Assembly: GCA_964545885.1 (NCBI GenBank)
Contig: CAZJHG010000002.1
Location: forward strand, 10,421-74,420
DNA from: an uncultured Muribaculaceae bacterium
Lineage (GTDB): Bacteria; Bacillota_I; Bacilli_A; RF39; UBA660
Length of the DNA: 64,000 bases
Reading direction: 5' to 3'
Part shown: in pieces, positions 41,903-50,508 of the stretch
How the letters are laid out: each line of letters starts with the position of its first letter
Position numbering within the stretch: the stretch's first letter is position 1
Notes under the pieces: model-generated
The model's input: the letters and a program-made list of their open reading frames with translations, nothing else
Told to the model about the DNA's origin: nothing
Database searches by the model: none
Made by a program: the position numbers and the translations under genes

Positions 41903-42700
41903 TTACCAAGATAAACCGCTCCATGTTGCTTGTGCAGTCGACATCGAATCATAAGATTCTATTATAGATACAGAAACACTTGAATCAAAATTAATTCCAC
42001 CTGTACCAATACTTACTGCATTACTAACGGAACTACTAACTGTTTTTTGAGCATGCTTATAATCACCGTATGCATTTAATGTTAGGATAGTTGCCGATGT
42101 TAACTTTTGAATATCAAAATACATATGTGAACTGAGTGCTGTTACTGTTGTTGTTGATGTGTTTGCTGGAAGTTTAAAAGTTACTGCATATCCCGTACCA
42201 CTTAATTCCCAGGCTCCTGAAGTACTATTTTCATAATAACATACCGAATTGGCTGAATCGTTAATGTCGGCAATTCTTTTAAAAAATTTACTTGATGAAA
42301 CCCCAGAAATAGTACTATCTATTCCGATTCCTTGAATATCATAACTTCTTGTACTAGGCATTTTTTTCCATACTAGGTCGTTTTTATATCTATAATAACT
42401 ACCATTTTTAACGATTGTTGTTGTCATTTTCTTATAATTTGTTTCTGTATAGCCATTTGTATTTCCTAATGGAATTATTAATGCTTCGTCATTTGAATTA
42501 TTGTATTCTTCTTCTGTAATTTCTACAGTAATTGATATTGGATTTGTTTTATTATTTATAGATTTTGTCGAAGCATTACTATGTGTTGTTATTGTTTTAT
42601 AGTATTTTGTAGTTTGAGCAACTATTTCTCCATTTAAATTTTTGTTGTTATCGAACTCCTCTTGTTCCATAGTAATGATTTCTCTCTCAGAAAAGCCCAT
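41903..42700 (-). CDS. Secreted-protein paralog A, mature-domain ORF. The signal-peptide segment lies upstream in the same frame, beyond an in-frame TAA.
   Basis: About 40% identity to the 248-aa paralog (YYKTI...NGYTETNYKKMTT...TRSYDI.GIG...ATW.G.SW). Lacks its own signal peptide. Confidence 0.5.
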   Translation of the reverse strand: MGFSEREIITMEQEEFDNNKNLNGEIVAQTTKYYKTITTHSNASTKSINNKTNPISITVEITEEEYNNSNDEALIIPLGNTNGYTETNYKKMTTTIVKNGSYYRYKNDLVWKKMPSTRSYDIQGIGIDSTISGVSSSKFFKRIADINDSANSVCYYENSTSGAWELSGTGYAVTFKLPANTSTTTVTALSSHMYFDIQKLTSATILTLNAYGDYKHAQKTVSSSVSNAVSIGTGGINFDSSVSVSIIESYDSMSTAQATWSGLSW

Positions 42701-42721
42701 ATTTTGTAAATTTTCTAATTA

Positions 42722-42853
42722 CTGTTCTGAAATTTTTATATTATTAGCATTAGTATAATACCCGTTTTCGTCTAGTTCAAATGCGCTTACATTTTTGATC
42801 GAAAATAATAAAGTGAATATTGAGAATATTGGGAATAAAATATTTTTTTTCAT
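42722..42853 (-). other. 44-codon ORF encoding a signal peptide (MKKNILFPIFSIFTLLFSIKNVSA|FELDENGYY...). It is in frame with the downstream 265-aa ORF and separated from it by a single TAA at 42719..42721.
   Basis: Direct translation. Classic n/h/c signal-peptide regions with a VSA cleavage site. Confidence 0.45.
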
Positions 42854-43052
42854 ATAATATGATTTTCCTTTCTTTTTTTAATTGATAATTATTTGCTTTT
42901 TAATTTACCACCATCCAATCTTTATTTCTCAAAATATTTCAACTACTGTTTTGTATTTTAACTATAATTTGTGTATAAATCTTTTTTATATTGTTCACTA
43001 TGAGATTTTTTTATCCTAAAAGATATTTTTAAAATTATTGAATAATTTACAA

Positions 43053-43799
43053 TTACCAACTGCCTGTCCATGTAGCATTAGCAGTGTTGATAGAATCATA
43101 ATAATTAGCTATTGTGGATTTAAGTATTATTCCCCCTGATTCCACGGTGTATTTTTGAGCGTTAGAATAACTAATTGTTTCAGTTGCATGAGCATAATCT
43201 CCATATGCATATTGTTTGATGATTGTACTAGAATTATTTGCTTTTTCCATATCAACATATAAGATTTGATTTAATGAAGATAAAGAACCAGATGGTAAAG
43301 AGAAAGAAGCGCCCACTCCATAAGTTCCTATATATGGGGTGTATACTGTTTCTGTATCGCAATCGCCATTAGAATAACAATAATTTTGTACAAATGATAC
43401 ACTTGATTCTGGTTTAACACTTGACGGAAAACCTATCCCTATAATATCGTAACTTCTTGTATTAGGAATTGTCTTCCACTCAAGTATAACTTTATATCTA
43501 TATGTTGTTCCATTTTTTGCTATAGAGGTGGTCATTTTCTTATAGTTTGTTTCTGTATAACCATTTGTTGCGCTAAGTGGTAATATTAAACAATTATCTT
43601 TATAACTTTCGTATTCTTCTTTTGATATTTCTACGCTATAAGATTTTGTATTTTCGTTCATTGAATATGCAAAATTTTCACTATTTGCAAAATTTATTGT
43701 TTTATAATATTTTGTAACAGACACTAACTCTTTGTCTTCGGCTGATACTACTATTGGTATTGCCATTAATATTAATAAAATTAAAACTCCTTTTTTCAT
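43053..43799 (-). CDS. Secreted-protein paralog B, 248 aa, with an intact signal peptide.
   Basis: MKKGVLILLILMAIPIVVSA signal peptide. Paralogous to 41903..42700. Ends in W-x-G-S-W. Confidence 0.55.
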   Translation of the reverse strand: MKKGVLILLILMAIPIVVSAEDKELVSVTKYYKTINFANSENFAYSMNENTKSYSVEISKEEYESYKDNCLILPLSATNGYTETNYKKMTTSIAKNGTTYRYKVILEWKTIPNTRSYDIIGIGFPSSVKPESSVSFVQNYCYSNGDCDTETVYTPYIGTYGVGASFSLPSGSLSSLNQILYVDMEKANNSSTIIKQYAYGDYAHATETISYSNAQKYTVESGGIILKSTIANYYDSINTANATWTGSW

Positions 43800-43925
43800 A
43801 TAGTATCATTCCTTTCAATGTTAGTTCCTTTATTGATTAAATAATATCACTTACAAAAAAATACATAACACCTTATTAGGCGGATTATGTATCTTAAAAA
43901 GAGAATCTTCGTTAAAATTGTGTAT

Positions 43926-44714
43926 TTATTTATATAAGACATTATTGTATTCTTTATCAATTATTGACAGCTTGTATTCTTTTTTTTCTTTTATATTATC
44001 ACTTGTACTATATTCGAGAAAGAGAATTAGATTGTTATCACTTATTTTATTTTTCTTCGTTTCTTTTTTGCTTTCATTAAAAAGTATCGAAAAGTTTTCT
44101 AATAATTCACTAATATAATACATTTTAATATTTCCCTCATCATCGTATTGTTCATTAAAAGTATAATTTAATATTACTTCATTATCATTCAGTATAGATA
44201 TTTTTAATTTACTTATTCTTAGTTCATCAGGAGTGCCCTTATCATTTGATTGATATATCAGATTTTTTAAAAACACTAATTCCTTATTTTTTTGATTTAT
44301 TATATAACCTTCTGAATAAAATGACTCATTATCTAAAACAAATTTTATATATCCATATTTGTTATAATTATTATATACAAACGATAATAAGCAAATATTT
44401 AAGAAGATTAGTATTAATATAATTACTATTAAAAAAATATTTTTTCTTATAAAAACATTAGTGTTTTTGATTTTGGGATTTTTAGGAGATGTAGATTCTT
44501 GCTTACCAGATAACAATTCTTTAGTGGTAATTCCTAATTCATCAGCTAATTTATTAACAATTGAAATATCAGGAGTTGTTATACCACATTCCCACTTTGA
44601 TACTGCTTTGCTATTAACTCCCATTTTTTGACCAAGTTGCTCTTGAGTAAGTTTTTTTTCTTTTCTTAATTTTGCAATTAATTTACCTATTTTTGCTTGA
44701 TCCATACACATCAC
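43926..44714 (-). CDS. Membrane-anchored XRE-family (Cro/CI HTH) transcriptional regulator with an extracytoplasmic C-terminal domain.
   Basis: HTH LTQEQLGQKMGVNSKAVSKWECG, a single TM (FLIVIILILIFLNICLLSFV), and a ~150-aa C-terminal domain. Confidence 0.65.
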   Translation of the reverse strand: MMCMDQAKIGKLIAKLRKEKKLTQEQLGQKMGVNSKAVSKWECGITTPDISIVNKLADELGITTKELLSGKQESTSPKNPKIKNTNVFIRKNIFLIVIILILIFLNICLLSFVYNNYNKYGYIKFVLDNESFYSEGYIINQKNKELVFLKNLIYQSNDKGTPDELRISKLKISILNDNEVILNYTFNEQYDDEGNIKMYYISELLENFSILFNESKKETKKNKISDNNLILFLEYSTSDNIKEKKEYKLSIIDKEYNNVLYK

Positions 44715-45146
44715 CTTTTACTAATGGATTATGTATTATTTTAATTTATTTACTTTCTTTTGTAAATATTAAATCAATTTTCTCTATATCTCACGTACCT
44801 ATCGTATAACAGACACAAAAGTAATGCAAATATACCATTGGTCAAGTTTTACTTTATTAGATTTCTGCTATCACTAAAGATATACTTAACTCTTTTATCT
44901 ATTTCAGATTCTTCGGGCTTAAAATTTTGTTCTAACGCCTCCAACCTTTTATATTTTCTATGTTCTTCTTACTACTTTACCATATCTATTTCATATACAA
45001 ATGTTTAAATTAATTTTTGCAAACAGAAAAGCAGTACATTTCTAAAAAAGATAATGTGCTGCTATTTATCTATATTTGTTAGATTATTTATAATGTTGGT
45101 TATAAAGATTTTTCCATCAATTTTAAAATAAAAATTATATTACAAA

Positions 45147-45755
45147 TTATTGACAGTTATTTTCTATCTGCATATCGGCATCACCTATAATGACATCATT
45201 ATTACTTGATGTAGTATTACAAACAATGATATTGAAATTATCGTATTTGTACAATTTGCTTTCGCTATTTTTGTCTGATTCGATTATTTTGGCTTTAGTC
45301 AATATATCATCAAAAGTTACTAATTCATTTTTTAAAGAAATTTCTATATTATATTTATGATTATTTTCAATTAAAGATAACTTGAAATCTGTATTCCCGT
45401 AATAGTAATCAACCTTATTATAATTAAATGCAAATATTTTTTCATATTTTGTATTACTATTTACAGTTACTGAAAAATCATAATTAACAAATTTCTTTAT
45501 TTGTATATTGTCAATGGGACAGGTAAAATTAATACCTTTTAATTTCCAAATTACTGTAGTAATATCTTGTTCTCTAGTACAATAATAAGTATCTATAAAA
45601 ATTCCTCGTTTAACCCAACTATCGTCATCTGCTAAATTTTCTTTCCAGCTAATAATTGGACTATGTTTCAATATTCTTGCTTGTAATGTATCTAATAATA
45701 AAATTCCGATTAAAATTCCTAAAATAATAAATATCTTTCTTATGTTTTTTTTCAT
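45147..45755 (-). CDS. Small secreted or membrane-anchored hypothetical protein, 202 aa.
   Basis: N-terminal signal/anchor MKKNIRKIFIILGILIGILLL. Confidence 0.45.
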   Translation of the reverse strand: MKKNIRKIFIILGILIGILLLDTLQARILKHSPIISWKENLADDDSWVKRGIFIDTYYCTREQDITTVIWKLKGINFTCPIDNIQIKKFVNYDFSVTVNSNTKYEKIFAFNYNKVDYYYGNTDFKLSLIENNHKYNIEISLKNELVTFDDILTKAKIIESDKNSESKLYKYDNFNIIVCNTTSSNNDVIIGDADMQIENNCQ

Positions 45756-46095
45756 ATTTCCTCCGATTTCATAAATTTCTTTTTATAATTATATTATTTT
45801 TTGCTTATTAACTTCCACCACTTATTGAGAGAAATAGGTATCTTTATAAGAGAATAAACCTTATTGCAGATTGTTAAAGCAAAACATAACTTTCAATAAG
45901 TATTTATATTACTTATCTTCTTCTAATATATTTTTAATAAATCATATTAAAAGACTTGTGTTTCTTTCTCATTTATATTTTTCCATCACATTTTGAGTTC
46001 CGATCGACTTTGTTTTTCCCAACATTGTAACCTCTTAATATCCCTTAAGGAAAATGTATTTTTTTGTCAAAAAAACAGTTTTTCCTGTTAGTTTG

Positions 46096-47172
46096 CTATT
46101 TTTTATTTTTTATAAAATCTTCTAAATTCTTTATTTTAAAGGGAAAAAGGCATTTTTTTATTTTCTCCCCTACAAATGTAATACCAGTTGTAGGAATAGT
46201 ACCAGTAACAACTAATATATTTAGTGCTACTTGAAGAATCAAACCGAATGATAACCCAAATGATAAATATTTTTTAAATAAATCTTTTTGTGATAAAGAT
46301 ATTCTTATAGAACGATAAAAAATTATACTAAATAATCCTAATACTAAAATTACACCAAGTATGCCAAATTCCTCAGCTATTATACTAAATATAAAATCAG
46401 TTTGAGGTTCTGGAAGATAAAAATTTTTTTGAATAGAATTACCAAAACCAACTCCTAATAAACCTGAAGGAACAATAGCATATAGACTTTGAATTATTTG
46501 GAAACCACTACCTAATGGATCACTCCATGGATTTAAATATGCAGTTATTCTTTGAAGACGATATGGAGCTATGACTATTAAAATAACTATCCCTATTAAA
46601 CCTAATATTCCAACTTTTATAAAAAACGATAAGTCTGGACCTGATACGTAGATTAATACTACTAAAGTTAGGACAATTACCATAGCAGTTCCAAAGTCAG
46701 GCTCTAACATTATTAAAAAGAAAAAAATACAAATAACTAAAAATAATGGTAAAAGACCTTTCTTTATATCTTTAATACTTTTATTATTATGAGATAAATA
46801 TTTAGATGTATAAATAATTAGACCTAATTTAGAAAACTCTGACGGCTGGATACCTAAGGACCCTAAACCAAACCAACTACGAGAACCATTTCTTACTTTA
46901 CCTATTCCTGGTATCAAGACTAATATTAATAATGAAAGACATACTAAAAGTATATTATTTGAATTTTTTTCTAATATAGATAAATCTAATTTAGTTATAA
47001 TTAACATTACTATTAAACCAAGTAAAAAAAATATTAATTGAGATTTTAAATACTTAAATTCATCATTATATTTATATGCAGCCCATATGCTACTGGAGGA
47101 ATAAACCATTAAAATACCAAAACATATTAATATAATAGTTGACACTAAAAGAATTTTATCTATTTTCTTCAT
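46096..47172 (-). CDS. spoVE: SEDS-family peptidoglycan glycosyltransferase (SpoVE/FtsW/RodA-like). Its conserved C-terminus is replaced by 27 element-encoded residues.
   Basis: Motifs PSEFSK, PDFGTAMV, YLPEPQTDFIFS and LNILVVTGTIPTTGITF. It lacks the LPFxSYGGSS motif, which is found instead at 39619..39709. Confidence 0.7.
   Translation of the reverse strand: MKKIDKILLVSTIILICFGILMVYSSSSIWAAYKYNDEFKYLKSQLIFFLLGLIVMLIITKLDLSILEKNSNNILLVCLSLLILVLIPGIGKVRNGSRSWFGLGSLGIQPSEFSKLGLIIYTSKYLSHNNKSIKDIKKGLLPLFLVICIFFFLIMLEPDFGTAMVIVLTLVVLIYVSGPDLSFFIKVGILGLIGIVILIVIAPYRLQRITAYLNPWSDPLGSGFQIIQSLYAIVPSGLLGVGFGNSIQKNFYLPEPQTDFIFSIIAEEFGILGVILVLGLFSIIFYRSIRISLSQKDLFKKYLSFGLSFGLILQVALNILVVTGTIPTTGITFVGEKIKKCLFPFKIKNLEDFIKNKK
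46181..46189. repeat. Right copy of the 9-bp direct repeat ATACCAGTT.
   Basis: See the left copy. Adjacent inverted-repeat arm TCTCCCCTACAAA. Confidence 0.65.
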
Positions 47173-47230
47173 GTAATCACCTATTTAAATATATTTTACT
47201 TTATTAAAAAAATAATATGAGCTAGTCATA

Positions 47231-48436
47231 TTATTTGAATTTTCTTTTCTTTTTAGTAAATAAATTTAAACATAAGAGAAGTACTATAATAAATGTTATA
47301 ACAATAATTATAGATATTGGAGATTCTGTATCTTCTGGTTCGATAGAAAATATTTTATCTTTTAAATGAACGTTATATGTTGAGATGATTTTATCATTTA
47401 CAATTATATCTATGTAACCAAGATTATCTCCAACTTGATTAGATGGTGTTATCTTATCTGCAATATGATATTCTAATGATACATTGTCTAGTTCTTCTTC
47501 TGGTAATGTTACTATTATGTCTTTTTCGGCTGTTACATCATATTCATCTATTGTACCATTTTCAACTTGAATTTTTTTTAATAATTCATCTTTTTTAATT
47601 AATGTTTTACTACTAAATGTAATGGTAGATAAATAATTATAAATACTATGAGTTTCCAAAATATGAGTTGAAGCATAAGCATTTACATCACAATTCATAA
47701 CAATTAACATATAGTTTGTATCGTTTATATTAGATGTAGATGCCAATAGTAAACCAGCTTCTGGTGTATATCCTGATTTATTACCTGTTAAAAGATTTTC
47801 ATCTAAGCCGTGAAATGTCTCATAACTTCTTGTATAATTATATACAATTAAACCATTCGATAAAGTCTTTTGATTAGTAGAAAATACTTTTTTAAAAGTA
47901 TCATTCTTTAATGCTTCTTTTAGTAGGCGGGATATTTCGCGAGCAGTAGATATATTATTGTCATCTCCACCATATGAATCTGCAAAAGTGGAATTACGTA
48001 AACCTAATTTTTGAGCTTCAAAATTCATTAAGATATTAAATTCTTCGGTTGAACCAGCTGTATGAAGTGCTAAAGCCTGAGAAGCATCAGCACCAGAAGG
48101 TAACATCATAGCATATAAAAGATCTAAATAGCTTAACTTGTCTCCTACTTCTAGACCAGCACAAGTAAAACCATATAAATTATATAAATCATCTTCAGTA
48201 ATAGTAACTTTTTCACTTAAATCATCGACATTATTAATAACAGTATAAGCTGTCATTATCTTAGTTAAAGAAGCCAATATCTGTTTCTTGTCAGGATTCT
48301 TTTCATATACTACTTGGTCAGTATCTAAATTAACAAGAATTACTGAATCAGCAGTTACTTCGATGGGAAGTTCTAAACATTTAGTAGTTGGAATGATTAA
48401 GAAAAAACAACAAATAAAAAACAAGACTTTTTTCAT
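47231..48436 (-). CDS. dacB: Serine-type D-Ala-D-Ala carboxypeptidase (DacB/DacF-like low-MW PBP). The start is moved to Met7, which has a GGAAGTG RBS.
   Basis: Signal peptide. SxxK (ASLTKIM) and KSG motifs. C-terminal TM anchor. Confidence 0.75.
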   Translation of the reverse strand: MKKVLFFICCFFLIIPTTKCLELPIEVTADSVILVNLDTDQVVYEKNPDKKQILASLTKIMTAYTVINNVDDLSEKVTITEDDLYNLYGFTCAGLEVGDKLSYLDLLYAMMLPSGADASQALALHTAGSTEEFNILMNFEAQKLGLRNSTFADSYGGDDNNISTAREISRLLKEALKNDTFKKVFSTNQKTLSNGLIVYNYTRSYETFHGLDENLLTGNKSGYTPEAGLLLASTSNINDTNYMLIVMNCDVNAYASTHILETHSIYNYLSTITFSSKTLIKKDELLKKIQVENGTIDEYDVTAEKDIIVTLPEEELDNVSLEYHIADKITPSNQVGDNLGYIDIIVNDKIISTYNVHLKDKIFSIEPEDTESPISIIIVITFIIVLLLCLNLFTKKKRKFK

Positions 48437-48544
48437 TACATCACTTCCTATCATGCTTTTTTATTTTAACAAATTAATAGTGTTTTTTCAACCAAGGTAC
48501 TAGAATTATTTAAAAATTAAAGCATATATTATTTTGGTGATAAC

Positions 48545-50449
48545 ATGTTTATTAAAGATAAACAATTTAGAATAAAACTAGTACTGGTTATTGTTTTTAT
48601 AATATTTTTTATTATTTTTTTTAGAATTATTTATTTACAAGTTTATCGTAATGATGAACTTGGTACGTTAGCTGAGGCGTTGTGGCAAAGAAATTTACCT
48701 GTTACTGCAGATCGTGGAAGAATACTTGATCGTAACGGGAAAGTTCTAGCGACTAATATAACGACTACTACATTATATGCCGTTCCTAATCAAATTTTGA
48801 ATAAAGAAGATGCTGCACAAAAGTTAGCTAAAATATTAGAAGCTAATTATGATGATATATATGCTCATTTAACTAAAAAAACTTCTTTAGAGAAAATAAA
48901 TCCAGAAGGAAGACAACTTAATAGTGATATTGCTGATAAGATAAATGAGCTTAATATAGATGGTTTATACTTAATGAAAGAGTCTAAAAGATACTATCCT
49001 TATGGAGAAGTATTATCTCATGTACTTGGATATGTTGGAATAGATAATCAAGGACTTTCGGGATTGGAATTAAAATATGATGAATATCTTACTGGGAAGA
49101 ATGGTTCAATAAAATATGTTTCTGATGGTAAAGGTAATAGACTTACTAATAGTGAAGTATATGAACAACCACAGAATGGAATGGATATTTATTTAACTAT
49201 TGATATAGATATTCAACTGGCATTAGAAAAAGAACTAGAAAATGCTACAGCAAAATATAATCCGGAAGAAAGCTTGGCTATGGTAATGAATCCAAATACT
49301 GGGGAAATATTAGCTATGGGGTCAAACCCTACTTTCGATTCGAACAATTATAAAGAATATGACTTAGAAACTATTAATAGGAACTTGCCTATTTGGAAAA
49401 ATTATGAACCTGGGTCCACTTTCAAAATAATTACTTTGGCTGCTTCATTAGAAGAAAAAACAATTAATTTATTTGAAGATACTTATTATGATGGTGGTGC
49501 TATAAATGTTGAGGGAGCTAGGATAAAATGTTGGAAATCTGGTGGGCATGGTGCAGAGACTTTCTTGCAAGTAGTACAGAATTCATGTAACCCGGGGTTT
49601 GTTGTTATGGGGCAAAAGCTAGGTACTGAAACACTTTATAAATATGTTGAAAACTTTGGATTTACGGAAAAAACTGGTATTGATTTAAATGGTGAATCTA
49701 GTGGTATTATGTTTGATTTGGAAGATATTGGGCCTGTTGAACAAGCTACTATATCGTTTGGTCAAGGTATAAGTGTTACTCCGATACAACAAGTTACTGG
49801 AGTTAGTGCTGCTATTAATGGTGGAAATCTGTATACGCCCTATGTTGTTAAATATATAACTGAACCAGAGACAGATGATATTATTTATGAAAATAAACCA
49901 CTTTTAAAAAGAAAAGTTATTAGTGAAGAAACTTCTGAAATGGTTAGGTATGCTCTTGAAACGGTAGTTAATAGTGGGACTGGTAAAAATGCGTATATAG
50001 AAAACTATCGTGTTGGTGGTAAAACTGGAACAGCTCAAAAGGTAAATAATGGAGCTTATATGGTTGGTAATTATATCGTATCTTTTATTGGCTTTTTACC
50101 AGCTGATAAACCAGAGTATGTTGTGTATGTGGCAATTGATCATCCACAAGGAATTACACAATATGGTGGAACTGTTTCGGCACCAATTGCTAAAAGTATA
50201 ATGGAAAGTATCATTAGTATTAAAGAAATTGAGCCGAGTGCTGATATTACCCCTAGAACGTATACTTGGTTAGATACTAAATATGTTAAGTTATCATCGG
50301 TAGTTGGAAAAAGTAAAAAAGAAGCTATTTCTACTTTAAAAGGGTTTAAATTAGAATTTAGTGGTACTGGAGATACCGTAATATATCAAGAGCCAAGTGC
50401 AGATACTTATGTAAAAGAAGGTTCTACAGTTAAAGTGATGCTTAATTAA
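48545..50449 (+). CDS. spoVD: Class B penicillin-binding protein with a single C-terminal PASTA domain (SpoVD-like).
   Basis: N-terminal TM and dimerisation domain. Transpeptidase motifs STFK, SCN and KTGTA. One PASTA domain; PBP2B typically has two. Confidence 0.8.
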   Translation: MFIKDKQFRIKLVLVIVFIIFFIIFFRIIYLQVYRNDELGTLAEALWQRNLPVTADRGRILDRNGKVLATNITTTTLYAVPNQILNKEDAAQKLAKILEANYDDIYAHLTKKTSLEKINPEGRQLNSDIADKINELNIDGLYLMKESKRYYPYGEVLSHVLGYVGIDNQGLSGLELKYDEYLTGKNGSIKYVSDGKGNRLTNSEVYEQPQNGMDIYLTIDIDIQLALEKELENATAKYNPEESLAMVMNPNTGEILAMGSNPTFDSNNYKEYDLETINRNLPIWKNYEPGSTFKIITLAASLEEKTINLFEDTYYDGGAINVEGARIKCWKSGGHGAETFLQVVQNSCNPGFVVMGQKLGTETLYKYVENFGFTEKTGIDLNGESSGIMFDLEDIGPVEQATISFGQGISVTPIQQVTGVSAAINGGNLYTPYVVKYITEPETDDIIYENKPLLKRKVISEETSEMVRYALETVVNSGTGKNAYIENYRVGGKTGTAQKVNNGAYMVGNYIVSFIGFLPADKPEYVVYVAIDHPQGITQYGGTVSAPIAKSIMESIISIKEIEPSADITPRTYTWLDTKYVKLSSVVGKSKKEAISTLKGFKLEFSGTGDTVIYQEPSADTYVKEGSTVKVMLN

Positions 50450-50480
50450 GGATAAATCTATAGGATTTTAAGACAAATAA

Positions 50481-50508
50481 AAAGATAATTTGGATATTAA
50501 TTATCTTT
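50481..50508. terminator. Bidirectional terminator hairpin between spoVD-like (+) and pfp (-).
   Basis: AAAGATAATT-8 nt-AATTATCTTT with T-runs on both strands. Confidence 0.45.

Larger units (their letters stand above)
39719..46180. mobile_element. Integrated element of ~6.46 kb inserted into the 3' end of the SEDS gene. It carries a large serine recombinase, two paralogous secreted proteins, an XRE-TM regulator and a small secreted protein. Candidate sporulation intervening (skin-like) element.
   Basis: Split SEDS gene with 9-bp direct repeats. Imperfect inverted-repeat arms next to both cores (TCTCCCCTACAAA at 46164.. and, on the complement, TCTCCCGTAAAA at 39736..). The recombinase gene ends 66 nt from the left end. 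Confidence 0.65.

Noticed and set aside
46096-46200. Homopolymer (A7) frameshift as the explanation for the aberrant SEDS C-terminus.
   Set aside because: No alternative frame restores the LPFxSYGGSS motif locally. The genuine motif is found 6.4 kb away, in frame with a 9-bp direct repeat. A split gene explains the data better than a frameshift.
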